Below are positions 52,948 through 63,191 of a stretch of 64,000 bases of DNA, one piece after another; the stretch's first letter is position 1; every line of letters starts with the position of its first letter. Both the position numbers and the translations under genes were made by a program. The notes under the pieces are model-generated. The model worked only from the letters and a program-made list of their open reading frames with translations. It was not told the origin of the DNA and searched no databases. This stretch comes from Bacteroidales bacterium. GTDB taxonomy: Bacteria > Bacteroidota > Bacteroidia > Bacteroidales > JAADJA01. The stretch is from contig JALSSR010000035.1 in NCBI GenBank assembly GCA_026984135.1, positions 6,529-70,528 of the forward strand. The letters run 5' to 3'.

Positions 52948-54471
52948 TTATTTATTAATGACGATCTTTCTGACAATATTCTTCGTTGAGGTTGTTATAT
53001 GCACAAAATATAACCCCTTTGAAAAGTCGTTAAGATTGACATTTTCAAAGTATCCACCGTTGGTTTTGACATTTTCATGGGAATAAACAACTTGATTCAA
53101 TGAATTTATGACGGCAATGTTAACAACGTCATTATCAATTATTTTAATTGTAAAAACTCCATTATTGGGATTGGGATAAATAAGGATACCGTCGTTGTAA
53201 GCCGTTTCGTCAACGCCTGTGCAGGGGTCAACATAGATATCGGCCGTTGCCGTATTACTGCATCCGAAGATGTCCTCGTAGTAATAAGTTATGGTATGAG
53301 TTCCCACACCTGCAGCTTGCGGGTCGAAAACATTATCCGTAACACCGTCACCGGAATAGGTTCCGCCCGAGGGGTTGCCGCCTGTTAGCGTAAAGGGTGG
53401 TTCCTGAATACAGACATTATCAAACGGATCGAGAGTAACATTGGGAGCTTCGTAAACTGTTATTGTCAGGTCTTGGGAGAATTCACCCTGACCGCAATAA
53501 TTTTCGCCTGCAACCCTGATTGTGGCATCGCCGAGAAAAGTATCGTTCCAGTTAACAACGGCGGAAGTTCCGTTTCCGGTTATAACACCAGCGTCGTCGG
53601 GCAAAAGCAGCCAGATATAATCGGTTGCTCCCGTACTGCCAATCGTATTGTAGGAAGTGTTGAAGGGGTTAAGGCATAATTGAGTCAAACCCATTGGCAT
53701 TGGAGGAGGTGCAGGTACTTCATTCACTTCAATGTAGTCTGTCATTATGAGAGTATCCGATTCAAAACCGTCGGAAACGAACAGAGTAACGTCAAACACT
53801 CCCACATTGGGATACATTACAGTCGGGTTTTGCATTGTGGAGTTTGCCGGCTGACCTCCTTCAAAGGTCCAGTACCAGGTTGTGATGGGACCTACAGAGA
53901 GATCTGTAAAATCTACGGTTTCATCAACGCAGGTTTGTGTTGCGCTGGCCGAAAAACCTGCTGCTATTTCCATGGGAGGAAAAACAATATAATCAATCCA
54001 GGCCGCATCAGCTCCATTCGATACGGACGCGTCTTTATCGTATTCCCATTTGAAAGTATGTGTGCCGACGGAAACGAGATAAGCGACCTGTTGCCAGCCT
54101 ATTTCGCCCGACCACGAATCAATCTCGGTATTATCAATGTAAAACTTCAGAAAATCATAATTTGATTCGGAAGAAACTTTCATCCAGAAAGAGATTGTAT
54201 CCGTAGCATAAACATCATACTGAAGCGATAGCCAGGATGTTTGACTATTGTTTATGTCACCGGATTTAACACAATAAACACCCTCATAAGGATTTTGGTC
54301 TGTTATTTCCCACGGTTGAGTACCTCCGGTTTCCCAGTCAAACTGTGTCATGCCGCCTGATTCCCAGTCTTCTATGCTTTCGCCTTTAATATTAAAATTT
54401 TGAGCCGTTAAACTGCTGAACATTACAGCAACAAGTAATGTAATCAGAAATGTAGTTTTTTTCATAGTCAT
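52948..54471 (-). CDS. T9SS-secreted protein: jelly-roll-like domain + PKD + Cys-containing Ig-like domains + CTD
   Basis: It has a signal peptide, then EDWESGGMTQFDWETGG...FLKFYIDNTEIDSWSGE...AAWIDYIVFP (the same domain as in 26056..30384). The PKD domain contains FDVTLFVSDG and the CTD reads ILIYPNPNNGVFTI...GLYFVHI. Confidence 0.8.
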   Translation of the reverse strand: MTMKKTTFLITLLVAVMFSSLTAQNFNIKGESIEDWESGGMTQFDWETGGTQPWEITDQNPYEGVYCVKSGDINNSQTSWLSLQYDVYATDTISFWMKVSSESNYDFLKFYIDNTEIDSWSGEIGWQQVAYLVSVGTHTFKWEYDKDASVSNGADAAWIDYIVFPPMEIAAGFSASATQTCVDETVDFTDLSVGPITTWYWTFEGGQPANSTMQNPTVMYPNVGVFDVTLFVSDGFESDTLIMTDYIEVNEVPAPPPMPMGLTQLCLNPFNTSYNTIGSTGATDYIWLLLPDDAGVITGNGTSAVVNWNDTFLGDATIRVAGENYCGQGEFSQDLTITVYEAPNVTLDPFDNVCIQEPPFTLTGGNPSGGTYSGDGVTDNVFDPQAAGVGTHTITYYYEDIFGCSNTATADIYVDPCTGVDETAYNDGILIYPNPNNGVFTIKIIDNDVVNIAVINSLNQVVYSHENVKTNGGYFENVNLNDFSKGLYFVHITTSTKNIVRKIVINK

Positions 54472-54619
54472 TAATTTTATAAATTTAATTTGAGGGCAAA
54501 GTTACAAAATATTGATAATATTTTAATAAGACAAAAATTATTATACCTGTGAATGATTAGGTTTAAAAGTAAAATTACTTCCGGTTAGTAATTTTTATTC
54601 TCCGGATTGTACTAAACTT

Positions 54620-55846
54620 TTATATTTTCCTAAAAACCACCGCTTCCGATAAATAGTTCTTAGGGTTAATTTCGGACGAAATGATACTTCCCTTGAACTT
54701 GACCTTTATCTGATCTTCATTCACTCCCATTGATATCAGGGTTTTGGAAACGGCATCCGTTTTCATTTCTCCGTACTCTTTATTTTCCTTTTCTTTTTTT
54801 GATTGTGAAAAGTAAACATCAATATCCAGTTTCATTTCAGGATTTTTAATAAGTACGACAGCCACCTGTGACAACTCGGAGATACTTGGTCCTGTCAGTT
54901 TACTTGCATTAATGGAATAATCAATGTTATAAGATATGTATTTCCCGTCTTTGATCTGGTCAACAATGGGTTTTTGATTCTTTGCAAGTATGAAATTCTT
55001 GAAAAATACGGGAGTTATTGCATAATAATCAATCGTTATCCCCGAGGGATTGATATCGTCCTGATATGTTATCATCTTTTTTTCGTTCAGATAAACATTT
55101 ATCAATCCTTTATCGAATGAAACCGACAATCTGTACCAGTTTGACATACCGTTATCATCATAGGCCATAACCGGATATCTGCTTAGAGAATCTTTATATG
55201 AAACAATATTTTTATTGATGACAATGGGTTGGATTTCACTGTTTTTTGTCTCTATACCGTAAAAATAAACCGAAATGGGTTTTGCATACGGTGTAACGGG
55301 CATCATAAAATCAAACTCAAATGTAAAATTATCGGGCAGATAATCCTTTTGGTAATTTTCCGTTTTCGGACTTAAATAGCCTTTGCCCGAGACCAGAATG
55401 GATTTTCCCTGATCCAGCTCGTCAACACTTACTTTGCCCTTTGATTTTGTGTCAATAACCCAGTTGGAGGGGCTTTTTCTTTTCTCTTCGTAATTGAAAG
55501 GTTTGTCGTAAAAAATAAGGTCTTCGCCTCTGACAAATGTCAATTTCTGCCACTGTACATCCGATGCTTCAATCAGGTTGTTATCTATGAACATCTCCAC
55601 TTCTCCGTAATAGGGGTCGTACCAAGTTTCCATTTTGTTAACGCCTTCTTCGGCATGTTTCAAACCTTCGGCTTCAGCATCTTCGGCGTGTTTCATTCCT
55701 TCCTGCTCTGCTTTTTTGGCATGCTCCTTACCTATATCTTCACCTTTGTGCTTGTAGTGGTTTTTAATCTTATTTTGTATTCCGAACTGACCGTACGAAC
55801 CAACGGAAATTAATGCTGCAACAGCAATAAATAATAATTTTTTCAT
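54620..55846 (-). CDS. Hypothetical secreted protein with an N-terminal His/Glu-rich repeat
   Basis: It has a signal peptide and a KHAEDAEAEGLKHAEEG-type repeat. No confident family was recognised. Confidence 0.4.
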   Translation of the reverse strand: MKKLLFIAVAALISVGSYGQFGIQNKIKNHYKHKGEDIGKEHAKKAEQEGMKHAEDAEAEGLKHAEEGVNKMETWYDPYYGEVEMFIDNNLIEASDVQWQKLTFVRGEDLIFYDKPFNYEEKRKSPSNWVIDTKSKGKVSVDELDQGKSILVSGKGYLSPKTENYQKDYLPDNFTFEFDFMMPVTPYAKPISVYFYGIETKNSEIQPIVINKNIVSYKDSLSRYPVMAYDDNGMSNWYRLSVSFDKGLINVYLNEKKMITYQDDINPSGITIDYYAITPVFFKNFILAKNQKPIVDQIKDGKYISYNIDYSINASKLTGPSISELSQVAVVLIKNPEMKLDIDVYFSQSKKEKENKEYGEMKTDAVSKTLISMGVNEDQIKVKFKGSIISSEINPKNYLSEAVVFRKI

Positions 55847-56053
55847 TTTCGATTTTTTTGTTATTAATTGTAAATCAATGAATTGAAATCGCTGCGTAGT
55901 TTATCAAAGAGAATAAAAACAGAAAGGTATAATTACCTTATAATGATTTGCAAATTCGGGGGCAAATGTAAACAATTTTTTTCAGTGCCGCGAAATTATA
56001 TTAGGAATAAGTTCATTGCATTAAAACCTGATGCCTTTTGCGGTTCTTAGTGT

Positions 56054-56112
56054 CTTTGAGCCTTAGTGGCAAAATAGCGGAAAATCAACCACAAAGACAC
56101 AAAGGCTCAAAG
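56054..56112. repeat. Inverted pair of the 15-mer CACAAAGGCTCAAAG
   Basis: CTTTGAGCCTTAGTG at 56054-56068 pairs with CACAAAGGCTCAAAG at 56098-56112 (one mismatch). A third copy, CACAAAGGCTCGAAG, lies at 52851-52865. Confidence 0.75.
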
Positions 56113-56194
56113 AAAACACAAGGAAAAACTCACAAAACGGGCTCATCACATTTCCCATAGGGTCAGTTGTTCCGACCTTTGATCTTACCGGCTT

Positions 56195-58522
56195 CTAGAA
56201 CTGAACTCTGTAATTCAGAATAGGTACAAAACCCATTTGAGAAATTGTTTCGACAGAACCTTTATATGGATCATAATAGTCATTGATGACATTCAACCGG
56301 TTGGTAACATTTTGTATGTCAAATTCAATGGTGTGAGTAGCTTTTTTTCTGTTTCTTTTCAGATAAATCTTCAGGTCGAAGCGGATAAAGTCAGGCCATT
56401 GTTTTGAGAAAGCCTGCTTTTAATCTCTCACGGTATAGCCTTCGGCACGTGATTTTTCCAAATCTACCGGTGTTGCCCACTGACCACCCGACCATGTTCC
56501 TTTGATATTTACACCCAATATTCTCTTTTTTGTTCCCGAACCGAAGTGGAAATCTTTCCCGCCCGTCACATTTAAAATATAACGGGTATTAAATCGAGTA
56601 TTTCGCAAAATACCGTCAAGTGCTTTATACTTTGAATCGAACAACGAAAGGGTAACCATATAGTAATATTTTCGTGAAAAATACTTTTCCAGTGTAACCT
56701 CAACACCGTAGTTTCTGCCTGTTCCTTTATTGACAAGATGCCTGTTGGTATATCCGAAACTGTAATTCAGCATCGAAAAACTGCTTGTATCACTGTTCTC
56801 AACCGGCACATCAAACAGATGCTGATAGTACAACTCCACTTTCAGGAACAGATTTTCATTCAGCAGATTTTCATATCCTGCAACGAAATGTGCCGCTTTA
56901 ATAAAATCGAGCTCTTTGTTGGGCAAAAATGCCGGTCCATCATGCACAGGCTCTTGTACGAAATAGCTTGATAACGATTCCATTTTACTGTGGAGTCCCA
57001 ATCCGATATTCAATGCCTGCGATACGGCAAATTGCCATTTCAATCCTATTCTCGGTTCAATGGTGTAATTTCCGTTAAGGAAAAGATACATACTGTGCAG
57101 TCCTGTTATGAGAGTGACGTTTCTGTTGAATCTGTGTTTCCAGTCAACGAATGATTCGAGAAGTGTTGTGGAGCCGTTTATGTTAACATCGGGAATCAAT
57201 TTTTCATTTTCGTAATCATATCTGTCGGAAACCAGATCATACAGCATAAAACTGCTTTGAGTACCTATTCTCAGCAAATTGGCTGCATTTATTTTTTTAT
57301 TGAAAACCATTGATATTTTCGATGTTTTATATCTCAGATCATCTATGGCTTTTGAAATAAAAATGTTGTTTGTATCGGGCTCCTTGAAGTTCCAGTTGTT
57401 TCCCGATGCAGTGAATGCAACTATTGTTTGCAGGTAAGCGCTTTGATTGAAAAAGAACAGGTTTTTAAGTCCGATAACACTCATATCCGTACGGTAATCA
57501 TTGGTAAAATGATTTTCCTCTTCGTGAACATTACTTACTCCTCCGATTCCGAAAAAGCTGAATGTTCCGAGATGTTTTGTGGGAGCACTGATTTTAAATG
57601 TGAGGTCTTGAAAGTAGGGTATGGCATCACCCACAAGGTTTATCCCCAGAGCTTTAATGGCAGCAAGAGATGAAAAGCGGTAATTTACGAGATAGGACGC
57701 CGGGTTTTTGCGGCTGAAAGGCCCCTCGAAGGTGCAGTCGAGTCCGAGGAAACCGGCCTGAAGTGAATACTCTCTTTGTTGGTTGTTTCCATTACGCAGT
57801 TTCATATCAAAGACACCGGAGTATGCATTGCCGAATTCTGCGGGAAAAGCGCCTGTAAAAAAGTCGGAATTTGACAGTACTGCGGCATTAAGAATACTCA
57901 GTCCGCCTCCCGAAGAACCCTCCTCGGCGTAATGGTTGGGATTGGGTATGTCAAGACCTTCCAACCGCCAGGCCATTCCTTTGGGTGAGTTGCCGCGGAT
58001 GATAATGTCGTTGGAGCCGCTGGGGTTCATAGAAACACCGGCATACGAAGATACTGCCCTTGCCACGTCGTTGATAGTTCCGGCGAGATGATCCATACCA
58101 TCCACATTGAATTTCATTACACTCACCGTTGCCATCTTGTTCAGTGCCTCGGCTTTATTCACATTGGCTTTTACAACAACTTCCTTAAGATTTTGTACCG
58201 TTTCGGAAAGATAGATATTCAAGACCTTTTCCTTGCCGGAATTAAGTTGTATGTTGCGTAAGGTCACCTCATTATAGCCGAGATAAAAAACTTTGATATT
58301 ATAAATTCCTACGGGAAGTTTACCAAAGGTGAAATATCCGTTTTCGTCGGTTGTTGTTCCGATGAGCGGGTCCGAACCGTCAATTATCAGGTTTGCGCCC
58401 GGCAACGGGATACGCGAATCTTTATCCATAACCCTGCCTCTGACGGTTTGGGTTATCTGCTGGCCATATCCGGCTATTGCAACGGAAAACAGAAAAAATA
58501 TTATTATTCCTTTGCTTTTCAT
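56195..58522 (-). pseudogene. TonB-dependent receptor (CarboxypepD_reg-like N-domain + plug + barrel) interrupted by one in-frame TAA at 56420..56422
   Basis: The track ORF ends ...AEGYTVRD*. The same frame continues KQAFSKQWPDFIRFDLKIYLKRNRKKATHTIEFDIQNVTNRLNVINDYYDPYKGSVETISQMGFVPILNYRVQF* (stop at 56195-56197), which is a typical terminal barrel strand ending in Phe. Confidence 0.7.
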
Positions 58523-58539
58523 CTCCGGAGTGTTTTTAT

Positions 58540-58640
58540 ACTGGTTCTTGACAGGTTTGCAAAAACAAACCTTCTTAGAACCAGTTATACTCGAAAGAAA
58601 TCAACCAATAAAGTTGCAAACCTGATTTCTTTCGGTATAA
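58540..58640. repeat. Dispersed structured element, copy B (two hairpins)
   Basis: ACTGGTTCTTGACAGGTTTGCAAAAACAAACCTTCTTAGAACCAGTTATACTCGAAAGAAATC...GATTTCTTTCGGTATAA. It lies between the stop of 58682..59788 and the start of the TonB-dependent receptor gene. Confidence 0.7.
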
Positions 58641-58681
58641 CAAAATTAATAAAAACAATCCGAAAAACAAGCAACTGTTTT

Positions 58682-59788
58682 TTATTTATGCATTATCTTT
58701 TCGGTGGAGATAATCTCTCCGGAACTATTGAACACCTTTACGATAAGCACACCTTTAGCAATTCTTTTCAGAGAGACCGGATTTTTTCCGGGTGATAACT
58801 CCATACTTAGCAGCAAAACTCCTTGTTCGTTATAAACAGAAACATAAGGTTGCCGTGTTCCTGCCGGGATTTCAACGAATACTTTGTTTCCCGTAGGGTT
58901 GGGGAAGATACGGGCAGCTTTTTGCGAAACATCCGAAGGGTTTTCGTTTCCCGTAAGCTGACTGCAATCAACATTTTCCAAAATAAAATCACCATCATTA
59001 CTGGCTGTTCCTTTCCAGCATTGGCCGTCGGGAGATTTCAAAATTAAGCCTTCAAAGGAATCTTGAATAAATATGCTACCATTTTGGAAAACGAAATTCT
59101 TATCTGTCTCTGTAGTGAATTCGAAATTACTTTCAGGTTTAGCCTTAATTGAATGATTTTCATCTCCGATCATTAATTTCCCGGAGTATTGCTGACTCGT
59201 TGTTTCAAGGAATAAGGAAGCATCCTCATTATCATCCGCTCTTATGTGTAATTTAGCTTCAGGAGACGTAACATTACCAATGCCAATACGTCCTGTTTTA
59301 TCAATAGCATAAGATTTCCTAATAAATAGAGTGGGATAAACACTACCAAAACCAAATATCATTGAATACTCAGTAGTATTTTCAAGAAATTGTGAGCCCA
59401 GTGGACCAAATCCAAAAGTGATTGAACCAGTGGCTGTTGATTTAACATTAACTCCGAAAGCATAAGAATCATCCCCATCCGAAATGGCAGAAGTTCCAAT
59501 AGCAAATGAACGATATTTCAATGCTTCAGCTCCTACACCTAAACCAATTGAATAATCTCCCAGTGCTTTTGCTTTAAAACCGGCAGCAAATGAAGTATTT
59601 CCAATAGACTCACTTTGGTTTCCAACTGCCAGAGAATAATCACCGCTTGCAATATTTCCCTCACCAATTGCACTTGCAGTGCCTGATATTGTGTTAGAAT
59701 TGCAGTAAATGCAACTTTGCGCATTTACTTGTACCGATAAAAACAGCCCGAAGAAAGCCGTTAGCAAAATTGAAATTGTTGTTTTCAT
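58682..59788 (-). CDS. T9SS-secreted protein with YadA-head (Hep/Hag)-like repeats
   Basis: It has a signal peptide and repeats of the type SxAxGxxxxAxGxxSxAxG (TASAIGEGNIASGDYSLAVGNQSESIGNTSFAAGFKAKALGDYSIGLG). The CTD reads RIFPNPTGNKVFVEI...GVLIVKV. Confidence 0.55.
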   Translation of the reverse strand: MKTTISILLTAFFGLFLSVQVNAQSCIYCNSNTISGTASAIGEGNIASGDYSLAVGNQSESIGNTSFAAGFKAKALGDYSIGLGVGAEALKYRSFAIGTSAISDGDDSYAFGVNVKSTATGSITFGFGPLGSQFLENTTEYSMIFGFGSVYPTLFIRKSYAIDKTGRIGIGNVTSPEAKLHIRADDNEDASLFLETTSQQYSGKLMIGDENHSIKAKPESNFEFTTETDKNFVFQNGSIFIQDSFEGLILKSPDGQCWKGTASNDGDFILENVDCSQLTGNENPSDVSQKAARIFPNPTGNKVFVEIPAGTRQPYVSVYNEQGVLLLSMELSPGKNPVSLKRIAKGVLIVKVFNSSGEIISTEKIMHK

Positions 59789-60061
59789 AGTTTTATGATT
59801 TATTGATTTTTAATCCATTTTTCAAGTATGTAAGTTAGAGTGATATTTAATTTATATTCAGATTGTTTTGATAAAGAATGGATACAAAAGTATAAAAAAA
59901 AAATTTTAATTTTCAAAATCGCCGGAAAGTTTTTTTTGTGGGAATATATTGTTTATTGTCATTTGGGGGATGTTTCGATAGCGGTGATTTCTTTAATTTA
60001 TTTCAGTACGATGAAATTTTCTTTTTTAACATCTCTTAACCCTCACATCCACAATTTTATG

Positions 60062-60069
60062 TAATTTTG
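60062..60069 (+). promoter_or_regulatory. Bacteroidota-type -7 promoter box TAatTTTG
   Basis: It matches TAnnTTTG and lies 24 nt upstream of the dut ATG. Confidence 0.4.
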
Positions 60070-60092
60070 CACGCTTTAAAGCTGATAGCAAT

Positions 60093-60524
60093 ATGCAAAT
60101 AAAAATAGTCAATAAATCGAAACACAAATTGCCGGCGTACGAAACCAAGGCTTCGGCGGGAGTTGACCTGCGTGCTGACCTTGATGCTCCGGTAGTTTTG
60201 AAACCGCTTGAAAGAAGTCTTATACCCACAGGTCTGTTCATTGAGCTCCCGGCAGGTTACGAAGCCCAGATAAGACCGAGAAGCGGCTTAGCCATTAAAA
60301 AGGGTATCACTCTTTTAAATACACCGGGCACAATTGATGCGGACTACAGGGGTGAAATAAAAATAATACTTGCAAACATTTCCAATGAAGAATTTGTTGT
60401 TAACGATGGTGAACGGATAGCACAGATGGTAATTGCGCGTCACGAGCAGGCCGAATGGATAGAGGTGGAAAAACTGGAAGAGACCGAGCGCGGTGCCGGC
60501 GGATTCGGTAGCACCGGAGTTTGA
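60093..60524 (+). CDS. dut: dUTP diphosphatase
   Basis: The motifs [21 protein letters not shown] and a C-terminal [10 protein letters not shown] are present. The gene ends in TGA. Confidence 0.95.
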   Translation: MQIKIVNKSKHKLPAYETKASAGVDLRADLDAPVVLKPLERSLIPTGLFIELPAGYEAQIRPRSGLAIKKGITLLNTPGTIDADYRGEIKIILANISNEEFVVNDGERIAQMVIARHEQAEWIEVEKLEETERGAGGFGSTGV

Positions 60525-60579
60525 CAATCTTTTTGGTTATTGTGTAAGCACCTGAAATACAGAGCTAAAATTAATATAT

Positions 60580-62307
60580 ATGCGTTATAAATTCCGAACA
60601 GTTTTATTTTTTATTATACCGTTACTGGTTTTTTCCTGTAAATCGGGAGAGAAACTATCATCGGCGTCGGGGGAGAAGGAGGGAAAACCCAAAGACAATT
60701 CTTCTGTTTATTATGATGCTACAAAAGCATACATAACGGGTGATTATGATGAAGCCGCCAAATTATACAAGAAGTGTATTGAGTTAAATCCCAATGATGC
60801 CGCCGCAATGTTTGAACTGGCAAAGATCAGCCTGATGAAAAACAACAGACACGAAGCATTAATATATGCACGGCAGGCAACGAAAATTGATTCCGGCAAC
60901 AAGTTCTATCTCCTGCTTTATGGTAGTTTGTTGCAATCATTCGAACAATATGATGCTGCGGTGGATGTCTTTAAAAGGGTTTTGGAATTGAATCCCAATA
61001 ATCCGGATTATTACAACAGGCTTGCGATAGCATATATATATGCTGACAAAATAGATAAGGCCATTGAAACATTCGATAAACTTGAAGAAAAGATAGGCAT
61101 CACCGAGGAGGTGTCAATGAAGAAAAAAGAGCTTTACCTTCAGGAAAAGAAGCCTGAAAAAGCCATTGCCGAAATAGAAAAACTCATTGAGCACTACCCC
61201 AAGGAGGTTAAGTATTGGGGAGTAATTGCGGAATTGTATATGTCGGCGGGAATGGACGACAAAGCCCTTGAGGCATACCGTAAAATTGAAGAACTTGATC
61301 CGGATGATCCGTACATTCACGTTTCGCTGGCAGACTATTACAAAAAGAACAGGGACTTTGAAAAGGCTTTTGAGGAGTTGAAAAAAGGTTTCTCCAACAA
61401 AAACCTTGATATTGATACCAAAGTTCAAATATTGCTTTCGTACTACACTGCCAATGAGTATTATGAAGACAACAAGGATGAAGCGTTTCAGCTTGCAGAA
61501 ATATTGATAAAAGTACATCCCGATGATCCCAAAGCCTGGTCTATCTATGGTGACCTGCTATATCAGGACAATCGTTTTGAAGATGCCCGTATGGCTTTTC
61601 GCAAGGTAATCTCAATGGACAGCAGTAAATATGTGGTTTGGGAACAGCTTCTTTTCATTGAATCACAACTTGAAGATAACGATGCATTGCTTGACGAGAG
61701 TTTGCGAACCATTGACCTTTTTCCTGAGATGCCTTTGCCCTATCTTTTTGCCGGAGGTGTGTACTATATGAAAAAGGAGTGGGATAAGTGTATTGATATC
61801 TTGAGCACGGGTGTTAGCTATGTTGTTGATAATGACCAATTGAAAGAGCAGTTTCTTACCTATCTCGGAGATGCATATAATCAGGTTGGAGATTATGAAA
61901 AATCGGATAAGTGTTATGACGATGTTTTGAAAATAAATCCGGATAACAGTTTTGTCCTGAATAATTATGCATATTATCTTTCATTGAGAGATAGAGATCT
62001 CGACAAAGCCGCCGAAATGGCTAAAAGGTCGGTTGATTTGAAACCCAACAGCTCCGCCAATCTTGATACTTACGGCTGGGTTTTATATAAAAAAGGAAAT
62101 TATAGTGATGCCGAATATCTCGTAAAACAGGCTCTTGACAACGGAGGCGATAAGGATGCCGATGTGCTTGAGCATTACGGCGATATCTTGTGGAAACTCG
62201 ACAAAAAAGAGGAGGCTCTGAAGTATTGGGAAAAGGCGAAAAATACAGGTGGCGGAGGTTCTGAAAACCTGGATATGAAAATAAAACAGAAAAAATTGGT
62301 GGAGTAA
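60580..62307 (+). CDS. Tetratricopeptide-repeat lipoprotein
   Basis: It has a lipoprotein-like signal (LLVFSC) and many TPR units (A..YKK.IELNPND...). Confidence 0.8.
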   Translation: MRYKFRTVLFFIIPLLVFSCKSGEKLSSASGEKEGKPKDNSSVYYDATKAYITGDYDEAAKLYKKCIELNPNDAAAMFELAKISLMKNNRHEALIYARQATKIDSGNKFYLLLYGSLLQSFEQYDAAVDVFKRVLELNPNNPDYYNRLAIAYIYADKIDKAIETFDKLEEKIGITEEVSMKKKELYLQEKKPEKAIAEIEKLIEHYPKEVKYWGVIAELYMSAGMDDKALEAYRKIEELDPDDPYIHVSLADYYKKNRDFEKAFEELKKGFSNKNLDIDTKVQILLSYYTANEYYEDNKDEAFQLAEILIKVHPDDPKAWSIYGDLLYQDNRFEDARMAFRKVISMDSSKYVVWEQLLFIESQLEDNDALLDESLRTIDLFPEMPLPYLFAGGVYYMKKEWDKCIDILSTGVSYVVDNDQLKEQFLTYLGDAYNQVGDYEKSDKCYDDVLKINPDNSFVLNNYAYYLSLRDRDLDKAAEMAKRSVDLKPNSSANLDTYGWVLYKKGNYSDAEYLVKQALDNGGDKDADVLEHYGDILWKLDKKEEALKYWEKAKNTGGGGSENLDMKIKQKKLVE

Positions 62308-62320
62308 TAATTAGTTTGAA

Positions 62321-63145
62321 GTGAAGATTTATAAAGAAATAAAGATCTTATTGGCTGTTGTCTTGTTTTTTGCTGTTTTTCAATCCTGTAAAACATCAAG
62401 AAGCGTAGTAAAAAAACCGTTGAAAGAGTATGGAGCCGATTATCTCTTCGAAAAGTTGAAAGAGAACCAATTCAGGTTTGAATATCTGGTTGCAAAATTC
62501 AACATCGAACTCATAATAGACGGCAAGAAAAATACATTGAAAGGCCAATTGAGGATAAGACGCGACAGTGCTATATGGATTTCGTTATCACCTGCGCTTG
62601 GTATTGAAATGGCAAGGATTCTTATCACTAATGATTCCGTTAAATTCCTGAACCGTCTTAAAAAAACCTACTTCCTCGGTGATAACAGGTTTGTAACGGA
62701 TTTTCTTAATTCCAATGTGGATTATGATGTGTTGCAGTCATTAATTCTCGGTAATGACCTGACATATTATGATGACGGTAAATTTCACGCAAGTTACGAC
62801 AGCAAAGAGTATCACCTTGTTACGGCGGGAAGACACAAGCTTAAAAAATATGTGAAGACAGCCGAAGATGCCGGTCGTATTTTTATTCAGAACATCTATC
62901 TCAATCCCGAGACTTTTAAGATTACGCGGATGAAGATAAAGGAGACAGTGGAGAACAGCAGGAAGCTCGAAGCCAGATATTCCGATTTCAGGGATGTTGA
63001 CGGACAACTGTTCCCGGAAACAATACTTTATAAACTTTCGGCCGACAAACCCATTGACATTAAATTGCAATACTCAAGAATAACTACTGACAAACCCACA
63101 AAATTTCCGTTTAAAATTCCTTCAAAATATTCACGTATTCAATAA
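62321..63145 (+). CDS. DUF4292-like (LolB-like) outer-membrane lipoprotein (GTG start)
   Basis: It has a lipoprotein signal (FAVFQSC). Its position between the TPR protein and the EnvC-like gene matches the usual Bacteroidota order. The family call comes from context and memory. Confidence 0.6.
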   Translation: MKIYKEIKILLAVVLFFAVFQSCKTSRSVVKKPLKEYGADYLFEKLKENQFRFEYLVAKFNIELIIDGKKNTLKGQLRIRRDSAIWISLSPALGIEMARILITNDSVKFLNRLKKTYFLGDNRFVTDFLNSNVDYDVLQSLILGNDLTYYDDGKFHASYDSKEYHLVTAGRHKLKKYVKTAEDAGRIFIQNIYLNPETFKITRMKIKETVENSRKLEARYSDFRDVDGQLFPETILYKLSADKPIDIKLQYSRITTDKPTKFPFKIPSKYSRIQ

Positions 63146-63191
63146 TAGCTTAACTTTGAAGTTTTTTACCTGTTTGAAAAGGAGTAATAAA

